Counted from the first letter of the stretch, positions 1 to 9,964 are shown. The stretch: DNA of 64,000 nt from an uncultured Bacteroidota bacterium (GCA_902517895.1 CABYEA010000002.1:9685-73684); one strand, 5' to 3'. Program-made: numbers and translations. The notes: generated by a model not told the origin, from the sequence alone.

Positions 1-178
1 TATAACCAGAAATTGAATTATTTTGTAAAATTGATTCAATTTCTGAAATATTTACAATATCAAAGTTTGAATAAGTATAATCTAGATTTTCTTTTTTAAA
101 TTTTTCCGAAAAATATTTCTTTGAAAAACTATAATCTATATTTTTTCCTATTAGGCCAAATTTTTTACTTTTTTTCAT
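1..178 (-). CDS. aroE: shikimate 5-dehydrogenase, N-terminal fragment (gene runs off the window start)
   Basis: The minus-strand frame is open from the ATG at 178-176 to the window edge: MKKSKKFGLIGKNIDYSFSKKYFSEKFKKENLDYTYSNFDIVNISEIESILQNNSISGY. The FGLIGxxIxxSxS N-terminus is typical of AroE. It is not in the ORF track because it is truncated. The ATG overlaps the 3' end of the DUF368 gene by 14 nt. Confidence 0.6.
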   Translation of the reverse strand, partial: MKKSKKFGLIGKNIDYSFSKKYFSEKFKKENLDYTYSNFDIVNISEIESILQNNSISGY

Positions 179-1124
179 AACTACTTAAAAACACTACTAT
201 AGCTATACCAGTAAATATAAATATAATAGCATAAAATGTTTCATAATTGAACTCGGGTAAATATCTAACTATTTTATATTCGTTCTCTAAACTTAACGTA
301 GATTTCCATGGCCAAATTACTCCCAAAGAACCAATAATGAAACCAAATATAATAGAATTACAAAGTTGGTTGAATTTACTTATTAAATAATCTAGAATTT
401 TAGATAATGAAATTAGTCCAGTTATTGAACCAAGAGTAAATACCGATAGCACCTTTAAATAATTGATACGGACATCACTATATATATTTGAAAAGTCTCC
501 TCTTAATATTTCACTAAAGCTGTCATAAATAGCATTAACCGAATCAACCAGTAGTAATACATAGTTACCCATTAACATAAGTAAAAAGGATCCCGAGAGA
601 CCCGGTAAAATCATTCCACTAACACTTATTATTCCACAAATAAAAACAAAATACAAGTTGTCATTTTCTTGTGATGGATTTGCAAAACTTAAAAAAACAC
701 CTATTGAAGTTCCGATTATAATGAAATAAATATTTTTGAAGTTTTTTAAGTCGATAATTGTTCTAAGATGAAAAATAGTTCCTATCACTAATCCAAAAAA
801 AAGACTCCATACATATATTTCAAAATTATTTAATAATACGTCTAATATCTTTGATGTTGAAAAGTAACTAATTACTATTCCTAAGGAGATAAGCACCAAA
901 AATTTACCATTAATATGAGTAAAAAAATCTTTGAATTTACCCTTAAATAGATATTTTAAAGCTATTTTATCTAATCTTTTTAAGCTAAAGATTAATTCCT
1001 CATAAAAACCAATTGCTATTGCAACTAAGCCTCCTGAAACACCTGGAATCTTATTGGCAGTTCCCATAAGTATCCCATTAATTAGAATTTTTAAATAATT
1101 AGATCTTGGTTTTTTTTCTTTCAT
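165..1124 (-). CDS. DUF368 family polytopic membrane protein (PopT-like putative undecaprenyl-phosphate translocase), downstream copy
   Basis: 319 aa and highly hydrophobic. The signature KIPGVSGGLVAIAIGFYEEL lies near the N-terminus, with a second internal copy ILPGLSGSFLLMLMGNY. Confidence 0.75.
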   Translation of the reverse strand: MKEKKPRSNYLKILINGILMGTANKIPGVSGGLVAIAIGFYEELIFSLKRLDKIALKYLFKGKFKDFFTHINGKFLVLISLGIVISYFSTSKILDVLLNNFEIYVWSLFFGLVIGTIFHLRTIIDLKNFKNIYFIIIGTSIGVFLSFANPSQENDNLYFVFICGIISVSGMILPGLSGSFLLMLMGNYVLLLVDSVNAIYDSFSEILRGDFSNIYSDVRINYLKVLSVFTLGSITGLISLSKILDYLISKFNQLCNSIIFGFIIGSLGVIWPWKSTLSLENEYKIVRYLPEFNYETFYAIIFIFTGIAIVVFLSSYEKK

Positions 1125-1985
1125 TTAATCTTTTTTTATTTTTTCTAATAGTATAACTATTACAAAACCTAAAATAACAAGAGATATTGATAAGAATAAA
1201 TTAAGATTTGATAATTCTGTAGAAAAACTTTTATTCCATGGCCATACGTTTTCAATTGATCCAATTACTAATCCCAACATAATAGTGTAGGTAGCATTTC
1301 TGTGATTATTAAATAGATACTTTAGAATTCTGCTGAAACCTAATAATCCGATTATAGCACCTGAAATAAATGTAAATATTACAATCAGTTCTAAATTATC
1401 AAGAGCCTTAATCAAATATGCATAAACCCCTAAAATTACAAGTATTAATGAGCCTGATATACCTGGTAAAATCATAGCGGATGAAGCAATTATGCCAGAA
1501 AATAAAATATACAATAAACTTATCTCATCAGTATCATAAGCAGAAAATGACGAAAGGAAAACAGAAAAGATTATAGATATGATTAAAAAAAAGAAGTTTA
1601 TATTATGCCATTGGTTAATCAGTTTATAAATAACATGCACTGTTGCAAATATTAATCCTAAAAAAAATGACCAAATAAATAGAGGAAAGCTTTCTAGAAA
1701 ATTGGCTGAAATTTTTACAAAAGAAATTAAGCTAATTCCAATTCCTGAAACAAGTACTAATAAAAAGTTTCCATTCAATTTTTTCCAAAAAGATTTGAAA
1801 CCCTTATTTATTAATTTGGAAAAAAGACTGATTTTTAATTTGCTAATTGACTCAATTAATTCTTCATAAATCCCAAATAATAAAGCGATTGTTCCACCAG
1901 ATATGCCTGGCATTGCATCTGCAATACCCATAAAAATACCTTTAAAAAACAAGGTAATATAATCTGATGTATTTCTGCTTCGCAT
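1125..1985 (-). CDS. DUF368 family polytopic membrane protein, upstream copy
   Basis: 286 aa. It carries AMPGISGGTIALLFGIYEEL and an internal ILPGISGSLILVILGVY. Its stop abuts the next ATG (1124/1125). Confidence 0.75.
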   Translation of the reverse strand: MRSRNTSDYITLFFKGIFMGIADAMPGISGGTIALLFGIYEELIESISKLKISLFSKLINKGFKSFWKKLNGNFLLVLVSGIGISLISFVKISANFLESFPLFIWSFFLGLIFATVHVIYKLINQWHNINFFFLIISIIFSVFLSSFSAYDTDEISLLYILFSGIIASSAMILPGISGSLILVILGVYAYLIKALDNLELIVIFTFISGAIIGLLGFSRILKYLFNNHRNATYTIMLGLVIGSIENVWPWNKSFSTELSNLNLFLSISLVILGFVIVILLEKIKKD

Positions 1986-2005
1986 ATTAAAATTCTAGTG
2001 TTAAA

Positions 2006-3064
2006 CTAGTAATTTTTTGTTGAAGTTTTGGATAAGCAGTTTAAATATATTTTCCAGTATTTAGATTTTTCTTGATTTAGTTTGATTGCTTTTTCAATAT
2101 ATTCAATCGCTCTTTTGAATTTTTTTTCTCTGTAGTAAAACATTGATAGCCTAAAAAAAGCTTTATCCATATTTGGATCATTGTTAATACATTTAAAATA
2201 ATAGTCTAGAGAATTTTCAAAATCATATTTTTTCTCAAAGCAAAATGCTATCCTAAATAGGGCATAGGATGAGTTGGGATTAATAGAAATTATTTCTTTG
2301 TAGTTGTCAATAGCTTCATCGTATTTTTTCATCTTCTCTAATAATTTACCTTTATCTATATATGGACTTGTAAATGAATCATCAGAAAAAATCGCATAAT
2401 CAAATGCAGCAATTGCTTCATTATACATTTTAATTTTCACATAGCTTTTTCCAAGATTATGCCATCCAATTTCGCTGTAGGGATTTCTAGATAAATATTC
2501 TTTCAAGAATATGATTAGTCCTTTGGTATCTCTGATCATTTCATAACAATAAAGAATATTATATAAAGCACTGTGGTCAAGATAATCATAGTTTAGGCTT
2601 TTCTTAAAATAATAACTAGATTTTGAAAAATTTTCAATGAATAAGTATTCTATTCCAATCTGATAAAATAATTCACTTTTATTTTTATAATTATTAATTA
2701 TGCTTTTTAGTAAAGAGATTGATTTATTGTGTTTTTTTTGCTTTGAAAGAATACTAGATTTTAAAATTATTGCTTCATAATTATTATTTTCTATCATAAG
2801 TATAGAATTTGCTAAATCTAAAGCATTGTCTAATTTATCTTCTTGGATAAAAATTTCAATTTCAAATAAGCTTAAATTAGTATTTGATGGGTGTTGACTT
2901 AATGATAGTTTTAGAGCTCTTTTTGCGTAAGCTAATTTTCCAGAATCTAAATAATATGAAATAATATTTTCAAATTCTAAAGAGTCAAAGAAAAGAACTT
3001 TATTTTCCTTAACCATTTTTTCGAATTTGCTAACCGAAAAGTTTATGTCATTCACATTATCCAT
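2006..3064 (-). CDS. tetratricopeptide-repeat protein
   Basis: 352 aa with repeated ~34-aa units showing A/Y/F periodicity, for example YNEAIAAFDYAIFSDDSF, YDEAIDNYKEIISINPNS and FENSLDYYFKCINNDPNM. Confidence 0.75.
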   Translation of the reverse strand: MDNVNDINFSVSKFEKMVKENKVLFFDSLEFENIISYYLDSGKLAYAKRALKLSLSQHPSNTNLSLFEIEIFIQEDKLDNALDLANSILMIENNNYEAIILKSSILSKQKKHNKSISLLKSIINNYKNKSELFYQIGIEYLFIENFSKSSYYFKKSLNYDYLDHSALYNILYCYEMIRDTKGLIIFLKEYLSRNPYSEIGWHNLGKSYVKIKMYNEAIAAFDYAIFSDDSFTSPYIDKGKLLEKMKKYDEAIDNYKEIISINPNSSYALFRIAFCFEKKYDFENSLDYYFKCINNDPNMDKAFFRLSMFYYREKKFKRAIEYIEKAIKLNQEKSKYWKIYLNCLSKTSTKNY

Positions 3065-3153
3065 ATCAAATCATCTTATATTAAAAATAAATATGATTTG
3101 TTTTAAAATGAATCAGTGGATTTTAAACTTCTTAACAAACTAATTAACACCTG

Positions 3154-4278
3154 TTAAATTGTGTCAAGAATATTTAGGACAATATCACACCCTTCTTCAA
3201 TTTCCTTTTCTGAAATAGTAAGAGGTGGAGTTATTCTAACAGCTCTTTTTTCAATTAGAAGCCAAAAAAGAATTAAACCTCTATTCTTTGCTTCTAAAAC
3301 TAATTTATTTGCGACTTCAGCATCATTCATAATCAGACAAAGCATTAATCCAACGCCCCTTATTTCCTTAATTAGCTTGTGATTTAATTTTTGTCTGAAA
3401 AGTTTTTCTTTTGACAAAGTGTTTTGCATTATTTTAGAATTTAATACAATCTCTAAGGTTTGAAGTGCTGCAGCAGTAATAACTGGGTTTCCTCCAAATG
3501 TTGTAATATGACCAAGGATTGGATTAACATGAAGTACATCCATTAATAGCTTAGAGCTTGTAAAGGCTCCTATTGGAATTCCACCACCCAGACCCTTTCC
3601 GTATACAATTATATCAGGCAGGCAATCAAAATTTTCAAAACCAAATAATTTGCCTGTCCTTCCAATTCCAGTTTGAATCTCATCTAATATTAATAATGCA
3701 CCAACCTCTTCACATCTTTTTTTTACAGATCTTAGGTATCCTTTTTCGGGCAAAATGAACCCTGCGCTACCTTGAATAGTTTCTAATATAACACATGAGG
3801 TTTTTTTGTCAATTTTATAAATATCTTCAAACGAATTATAGTTTATAAATTCAACATTAGGAATTAGTGGCTCAAATGGTTTTTTTCTTTCATCTAAACC
3901 CATTAAAGTGAGTGCTCCCATTGTGCTCCCATGATATGCATTTTTTGCAGCAATTATTTTCTTTCTTCCGGTATGCCTTCTGGCTAATTTCATAGAACCC
4001 TCTAATGCCTCTGTACCAGAATTTGTAAAGTATGTACAATTTAGACTTTCAGGTAAATTTTCGGCCAATAATCTCGCTAAATCTAGAGATGGTTTGGTAA
4101 TAAACTCACCATAAACCATTACATGCATGTATTTTTCAGATTGATTTTTAATTGCATTTATAACTTCTTCATTGCAGTGTCCAAGACTGCAAGCAGATAC
4201 TCCTGCAACAAAATCTAAATATCTATTATTTTCGTTATCATAAATATAACTACCCTTGGCTTTAGAAACTTCTATCAT
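3154..4278 (-). CDS. class-III PLP-dependent aminotransferase (acetylornithine/aspartate aminotransferase family)
   Basis: Motifs seen: SGTEALEGSMKLAR, LILDEIQTGIGRTGKLF, and the PLP-lysine region YGKGLGGGIPIGAF. The conserved N-terminus appears to continue upstream of the first ATG, possibly starting at ATT 4332 or 4329 (see findings). Confidence 0.85.
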   Translation of the reverse strand: MIEVSKAKGSYIYDNENNRYLDFVAGVSACSLGHCNEEVINAIKNQSEKYMHVMVYGEFITKPSLDLARLLAENLPESLNCTYFTNSGTEALEGSMKLARRHTGRKKIIAAKNAYHGSTMGALTLMGLDERKKPFEPLIPNVEFINYNSFEDIYKIDKKTSCVILETIQGSAGFILPEKGYLRSVKKRCEEVGALLILDEIQTGIGRTGKLFGFENFDCLPDIIVYGKGLGGGIPIGAFTSSKLLMDVLHVNPILGHITTFGGNPVITAAALQTLEIVLNSKIMQNTLSKEKLFRQKLNHKLIKEIRGVGLMLCLIMNDAEVANKLVLEAKNRGLILFWLLIEKRAVRITPPLTISEKEIEEGCDIVLNILDTI

Positions 4279-4335
4279 TAGTGGATAGGGGGTTGTTTGG
4301 GCTTGATATTTTTTAAAATCTGAGTTAATAATTTT

Positions 4336-5946
4336 TTATTCTAGGTTTTTAATTTTTATGAATTGGAATTCATTATCCTCGCTGAATAGATCATCTATAG
4401 TTTTTATAATTTCATCTTCCCTAAAAAAGAATCCTTTCAATAATTTATCATTTTCATTAAATTCATCCTCAGGATATACATTTCCATCAATTTGATTGAT
4501 TTTTGTGAATGTGTCTATATTTTGATCAGAAATTAAGATTTTTATTTTTGCTGATTTCGATTTATCGATACCAATTAGTTCATTTTCAGAATTTCTCAAA
4601 TAGTAAACAGATTCAGCATTTTTAATAATATCAACTTCTTTCAATTTGCCATCAATAAAATTTCCGTTTAATTTTTTTCCAGAAATCTGATTAAAACCTA
4701 TTTCAAGTGTATCCTTCTCAATGATAAATGCATTACTAAAGACAAAAAGAGAATCAATTATATTCTTGTCGGTATCAAATTTGATATGAATAGAATCTCC
4801 AGTTATTTGACTTTTATTATTCCAAAGAATTGGCTTTTTAATTTTCCTAGATCTTTCATTAAAGCTATTTCGTTTATTTATCAATTGAGCAATGCCTGTT
4901 AATTGACTAAAATGAATCGAGTCGCATTTACCACTTAGATTATTTCTCAAAATTTTACCATTCGTGAAAGCCCTAATAATTTGTTCATTTTCTTTTCCAG
5001 TTATAATTATGGATTCACCGTGAATGTATGTAGTATCCTTTTCCTTGAATGAGGCAATAAGTGCTCTTTTTTTTACGAACATCGAATCAATACTTCTATG
5101 AATTTCTGCATAATGACCTGTTGTTAAAGTTTCATTTATTGTATCTAGAATTTTAACATTATTTGATGCAGATGCATAATTTCTAGACTGGTCAAAATAT
5201 ATACTATCACCATTAATTTTATATTCTTCAAAATCAATTTTGGAATTCTTTATAAAATATCCATTATCGTTTTCAGTATCATAGTATCCGATTTCACAAT
5301 AAATTTTTGAATCGTCTGTGATAATATCAGTTGGCCCAAAGAAATAAGACTTCCCCGATTCGGTAAAATAGTTTAAGACATCTGAATATATATTATATTT
5401 TGGAGTTCTCAAATCGACTTCTTTTTCAAAACGATATTTTTTTTCTTTAGCAAAAAAAGTTCCTCTTAAGCTATATATTGTATCTGTAAAGTTTCTGATT
5501 AGTTTACCCTTATTTGTGTAAAATCCTTCTTGTGAGTTTCTGTCAAAATAAATTGATTCAGTATATAGATCAGATTCGGACTCATTTAAAATAACATCAC
5601 CTTTAGCAAAAACTAATCTGGTATCTCCATTATATTCTAGATAATTAGCTTTTAAATTAAGTGTGTCACCTTGTTTTAGTGAAACCTCACCATAGGCTTC
5701 AATAAAATTTCTGTCCTCATAAAAAAAAGCCTGATTACAAGTCATCAAAACCCCATCATGAGATATAAGTACTTTCTGATTTTTATCTCTTGTTAAAACA
5801 GATGCATCTGGGTACTTGTTCTTATCCTTTTCAAAGAAACCAGCTCTTTCAATTTTTATTTTTGTTTTTTCTTGCGCGTTTATATTTATACAAATTGATG
5901 AGCTAAAAAAAATACCAATGATTAAGAAGAAAGATTTTTTCACCAA
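4336..5946 (-). CDS. OstA/LptA-like (OstA_2) beta-jellyroll domain protein, secreted
   Basis: 536 aa with an N-terminal signal peptide (FFLIIGIFFSSSICININAQ). It has repeated OstA-like strands (LMTCNQAFFYEDRNFIEAYGEVSLKQGDTLNLKANYLEYNGDTRLVFAKGDV). Confidence 0.55.
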   Translation of the reverse strand: MVKKSFFLIIGIFFSSSICININAQEKTKIKIERAGFFEKDKNKYPDASVLTRDKNQKVLISHDGVLMTCNQAFFYEDRNFIEAYGEVSLKQGDTLNLKANYLEYNGDTRLVFAKGDVILNESESDLYTESIYFDRNSQEGFYTNKGKLIRNFTDTIYSLRGTFFAKEKKYRFEKEVDLRTPKYNIYSDVLNYFTESGKSYFFGPTDIITDDSKIYCEIGYYDTENDNGYFIKNSKIDFEEYKINGDSIYFDQSRNYASASNNVKILDTINETLTTGHYAEIHRSIDSMFVKKRALIASFKEKDTTYIHGESIIITGKENEQIIRAFTNGKILRNNLSGKCDSIHFSQLTGIAQLINKRNSFNERSRKIKKPILWNNKSQITGDSIHIKFDTDKNIIDSLFVFSNAFIIEKDTLEIGFNQISGKKLNGNFIDGKLKEVDIIKNAESVYYLRNSENELIGIDKSKSAKIKILISDQNIDTFTKINQIDGNVYPEDEFNENDKLLKGFFFREDEIIKTIDDLFSEDNEFQFIKIKNLE

Positions 5947-5947
5947 T

Positions 5948-7219
5948 TTATCTAAATAGTGTTTCTTTTCTGTCAGGTCCTACCGAAACAATAACAATAG
6001 GAATATTTAACTGCGTCTCAAGAAAATTAATATAGTTATTTAAGTTATTAGGTAAATCATCAGCAGATTTAAGCTTTCTTAAATCTTCAGACCAACCTTG
6101 AAATTCTTCATAGATTGGTTCAAGTGAACTATCTGAAAGATCATATGGAAGGTTTTCGATAACCTGACCTCTATATTTGTATTTCGTACAAACGAGCACT
6201 TTATCAAAACCACTCAACACATCAGTCTTCATCATCATCAACTTGGTGACTCCATTAATTTTACAGGCATATTTAAGCGCCACTAAATCTAACCATCCGC
6301 ATCTTCTTGGTCTTCCTGTTGTTGCTCCAAATTCATTTCCAATTTTACTCATTCTTTTTCCGTATTCATCAAATAATTCGCTGGGAAATGGTCCAGATCC
6401 AACTCTGGTGGTATAGGCTTTAAAAATTCCAAAAACATCATTGATAGAATTTGGAGATATTCCAAGGCCAGTACAAGCACCAGCAGCAGTTGTATTTGAT
6501 GATGTAACATATGGGTAGGTGCCAAAATCAATGTCCAATAAAGATCCCTGTGCGCCTTCAGCTAAAATGGATTTGTCCATTTCTTGAGATTTAAACAATA
6601 AATTTTCTGAATCAACAAAGTTGATTTTTCTTAGTTTTTCGATAGCATTAAAAAATTCAGACTCTAAATCCTCAAGACTAAAATCAAGCTCAACATTATA
6701 AAAATTGATTAATTGTTGATGTTTTTTTGAAAGCTCATAATACTTTGTTTTCCAATTTTCATTTTCTAAATCTCCAACTCTAAACCCGTTTCTTCCTGTT
6801 TTATCCATATAGGTTGGGCCAATTCCTTTTAAAGTTGAACCAATTTTATTTTTTCCCTTAGATTTTTCACTTGCTGCATCAAGAAGTCTATGAGTTGGTA
6901 ATATTAAGTGAGCCTTTCTTGAAATAAATAAAGTTTTACTTATATCAACATTTTCAGCTTTAATATTTTCAATTTCTTTGTTTAAAATAACAGGATCAAT
7001 TACAACACCATTACCTATAAGGTTTATTTTTTCTTTATGAAATATTCCAGATGGAATGGTATGTAAAACATATTTTTTATCATTAAATACAAGAGTGTGA
7101 CCAGCATTTGGACCACCTTGAAATCTAGCTATTATGTCATACTTAGATGTTAAAACATCAACAATTTTACCTTTACCTTCGTCACCCCACTGGAGTCCTA
7201 ATAATAAGTCAACCGCCAT
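5948..7219 (-). CDS. purA: adenylosuccinate synthetase
   Basis: N-terminal GLQWGDEGKGKIVD P-loop, plus GPNAGHT, GIGPTY and TTGRPRRCGW motifs. 423 aa. Confidence 0.97.
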   Translation of the reverse strand: MAVDLLLGLQWGDEGKGKIVDVLTSKYDIIARFQGGPNAGHTLVFNDKKYVLHTIPSGIFHKEKINLIGNGVVIDPVILNKEIENIKAENVDISKTLFISRKAHLILPTHRLLDAASEKSKGKNKIGSTLKGIGPTYMDKTGRNGFRVGDLENENWKTKYYELSKKHQQLINFYNVELDFSLEDLESEFFNAIEKLRKINFVDSENLLFKSQEMDKSILAEGAQGSLLDIDFGTYPYVTSSNTTAAGACTGLGISPNSINDVFGIFKAYTTRVGSGPFPSELFDEYGKRMSKIGNEFGATTGRPRRCGWLDLVALKYACKINGVTKLMMMKTDVLSGFDKVLVCTKYKYRGQVIENLPYDLSDSSLEPIYEEFQGWSEDLRKLKSADDLPNNLNNYINFLETQLNIPIVIVSVGPDRKETLFR

Positions 7220-7669
7220 TTATTTTTTATTTTTTTTTTTCCCATAGAAGTACAATGAATGACTTTCAATTGTCACGTCAAATACTTCTTCTATTGTATC
7301 TTTAATTGTATTTATTCTTGGATCACAAAATTCAATTACTTCATCGGAATTACTTAAAATTAAATGATCATGCTGCTTATTAAAATAGCATTTTTCATAT
7401 GAGGCTTGGTGGTCGTTTGAAAATTGATGTTTTCTAACCAATGAACACTCAAGTAAAAGTTCAATAGTATTGTAGAGAGTAGCTCTGGAAACTCTATATT
7501 TTTTATTTTTCATTTTGACATACAAAGATTCAATATCAAAATGAAACTTAGTTTCATAAACCTCTTTAAGAATTGCATATCTTTCGGGTGTTTTTCGATA
7601 ACCTTCTTTTTCTAAAAATTCTGTAAAAACATCCTTTACTTTTTTTTGATCATTAATAATATTTGACAT
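7220..7669 (-). CDS. Fur-family transcriptional regulator
   Basis: 149 aa. A winged-helix region ([12 protein letters not shown]...[14 protein letters not shown]) and an HDH motif (KQHDHLIL) are present. No CxxC pairs are present. Confidence 0.75.
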   Translation of the reverse strand: MSNIINDQKKVKDVFTEFLEKEGYRKTPERYAILKEVYETKFHFDIESLYVKMKNKKYRVSRATLYNTIELLLECSLVRKHQFSNDHQASYEKCYFNKQHDHLILSNSDEVIEFCDPRINTIKDTIEEVFDVTIESHSLYFYGKKKNKK

Positions 7670-7685
7670 AATTAACTTATTTTAT

Positions 7686-9905
7686 TTATGTTCTTTTGAT
7701 TTTATCAATTCCTTTTAAAACTTTCAGCTTTTTTATGAGATTATTAACCTCTAAATTTGATTTTACTGAAATAATTATATTTCCAACAAATGTATTTCCT
7801 GCGGTTTCAAAATTAAGCCTTTTCATATTAATATTCATATTTTCAGAAATGACTTTTGTTATATTGTTTAAAAGACCTAGTTTGTCAATTCCTGTTATAT
7901 TAATCTGAACTGTGAATTTTTCTTGTGAGGAATCAATCCACTTAGCTTTTATTATTCTGTAGTCATAATTTGATTGAAGACTAACAGCATTTGGACAATC
8001 TTTTTTATGAATCTTAATTCCATCGTTAATAGTTATAAATCCAAAGACTTTATCTCCGGGGATAGCATTACAACATGGAGCATTTTTATAATCAAGTTTT
8101 TCTTCATCGTTTCCAAAAACAAGGAGATCATACTTTGAAGTAATCTCATCCTGATTAATGTCTTCAATTTTTAAATCATTGTTTCTAGAAATCTTTTTTC
8201 TAATGTAACTGATAAATTTATTACTTCTTGAAGCTGCAAATTTCTTTAATTTTTCATTATCAATGGTGTTAATTCCTACTCTGTAGAACAAGTCTTGACT
8301 AGTGTTGAGTTTAAAATATTTTTGAAGTTCAGTAACTATGCTATCATTAAAATTAATTTTAAGAGATTTAAGTTTTCTACTGAGAATTTGTTTGCCATCG
8401 TCAGCTAAAAGTTTCTTTTCCTCATTTAAAGTGGCTTTAATTTTAGATTTCGCCCTTGCAGTAGTAGCATAATCTAACCAGTTAGCACTAGGTTTTATTT
8501 TTTCTGAAGTTAAAATCTCAACCCTATCACCACTACACAATTCTTTGTTTAATGGCACTAACTTTCCGTTTACTTTTGCTCCTCTTGTTTTTATTCCAAC
8601 TTCAGTGTGAATAGCAAATGCAAAATCTAAAGGGGTAGCTCCTTTGGGAAGAGATTTTAGATCACCGGTTGGAGTAAATACAAAAATTTCTTTAGAGTAT
8701 AAATTTAGCTTAAACTGTTCTACAAAATCAACAGCATTAGTTTCTGAATTTTCTAATGCCTCCTGTAATTTATTGATCCAGGAATCCAAATTATCATTAG
8801 AATCATCCTCTTGCTTGTATTTATAATGTGCAGCATAACCCTTTTCTGCAATTTCATCCATTCTTTCACTTCTAATTTGAACTTCTACCCATCTACTCTT
8901 AGGGCCTACGACTGTTATGTGTAAAGCTTCGTAACCTGTGGACTTTGGAGCAGAAATCCAGTCTCTTAATCTTGTGGGATTAGGGGTAAAATGATCAGTG
9001 ACAATCGAGTAAATTTTCCATGCAACAAACTTTTCTTTTTCAGGTTTTGATTTATAGATAATTCTAACCGCAAATTTATCATACACTTCTTCAAAAGAAA
9101 TCCCCTGTCTTATCATTTTATTATTAATTGAAAAAATAGATTTTGTTCTTCCCTTTATGCTATATTTAAGTTTTTCTTTTGTTAACGTTGAGCTAATAAT
9201 TGAGTTAAACTTTTTAATGTATTTATCCTGATCTTTTTTGCTTTCAATAAGTTTTTCTGAAATTTCATCATAAGTATCAGGGTCAGTATATTTTAGTCCA
9301 AGATCTTCTAATTCAGTTTTAATGTTGTATAATCCAATTCGATGAGCAAGTGGGGCATAAATGTATAATGTTTCAGATGCTTTTTGAATTTGTTTTTCAT
9401 AGGGCATACTTGAGAGAGTTTGCATGTTGTGAAGCCTATCAGCAATTTTAATTATAATAACTCTAACGTCCTCATTGAGCGTGAGTAGCATTTTTCTATA
9501 ATTTTCAGCTTGAATTGAAACATCAGAGTATCCTTTAGTATTGAGTTTCCCTATTTTGGTTAGACCGTCAACAATTTTTGTGATATTTTCTCCAAATTCA
9601 TTTTTAATTTTTTCGAGAGTATGATCAGAATTATCTTCAACTACATCATGAATTAGTGCCGCGGCTATTGAAATTGCATCTAGTCCAATTTCAGAGGAAA
9701 CAATTTTAGCAACTGCAATTGGATGAAAAATATAAGCTTCTCCAGATTTTCTTCTTTGGTGTTGATGAGCATCAACAGCATAATCAAAGGCTTTTCTGAT
9801 TAGTTTTTTGTCTTCTTTACTTAAAGATTGGTAACTAATTCTTAAAAGTTCTTTGTACTCCTTTGCCAGAGCTTTCTTTTCTATTTCTATATCCTGAGTT
9901 GGCAT
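7686..9905 (-). CDS. bifunctional (p)ppGpp synthetase/hydrolase, RelA/SpoT homologue
   Basis: 739 aa. It has an HD hydrolase domain (HPIAVA...HDVVED), a synthetase region (RDWISAPKSTGYEALHITV), a TGS region (IFVFTPTGDLKSLPKGATPLDFAFAIH) and a C-terminal ACT-like domain. Confidence 0.95.
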   Translation of the reverse strand: MPTQDIEIEKKALAKEYKELLRISYQSLSKEDKKLIRKAFDYAVDAHQHQRRKSGEAYIFHPIAVAKIVSSEIGLDAISIAAALIHDVVEDNSDHTLEKIKNEFGENITKIVDGLTKIGKLNTKGYSDVSIQAENYRKMLLTLNEDVRVIIIKIADRLHNMQTLSSMPYEKQIQKASETLYIYAPLAHRIGLYNIKTELEDLGLKYTDPDTYDEISEKLIESKKDQDKYIKKFNSIISSTLTKEKLKYSIKGRTKSIFSINNKMIRQGISFEEVYDKFAVRIIYKSKPEKEKFVAWKIYSIVTDHFTPNPTRLRDWISAPKSTGYEALHITVVGPKSRWVEVQIRSERMDEIAEKGYAAHYKYKQEDDSNDNLDSWINKLQEALENSETNAVDFVEQFKLNLYSKEIFVFTPTGDLKSLPKGATPLDFAFAIHTEVGIKTRGAKVNGKLVPLNKELCSGDRVEILTSEKIKPSANWLDYATTARAKSKIKATLNEEKKLLADDGKQILSRKLKSLKINFNDSIVTELQKYFKLNTSQDLFYRVGINTIDNEKLKKFAASRSNKFISYIRKKISRNNDLKIEDINQDEITSKYDLLVFGNDEEKLDYKNAPCCNAIPGDKVFGFITINDGIKIHKKDCPNAVSLQSNYDYRIIKAKWIDSSQEKFTVQINITGIDKLGLLNNITKVISENMNINMKRLNFETAGNTFVGNIIISVKSNLEVNNLIKKLKVLKGIDKIKRT

Positions 9906-9964
9906 ATCTTAAAATTAGCATAAAGAAGATTAATAGACAATTTCTTTATATAATATTTAAGAAC

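Noticed and set aside
7230-7240. An 11-nt homopolymer (T on the plus strand, A on the coding strand) at the 3' end of fur, just before the purA start, was considered as a slippage or phase-variation tract.
   Set aside because: It simply encodes the lysine-rich tail (GKKKNKK). Comparable A/T runs occur in many genes of this AT-rich window, so there is no evidence of variability from a single sequence.
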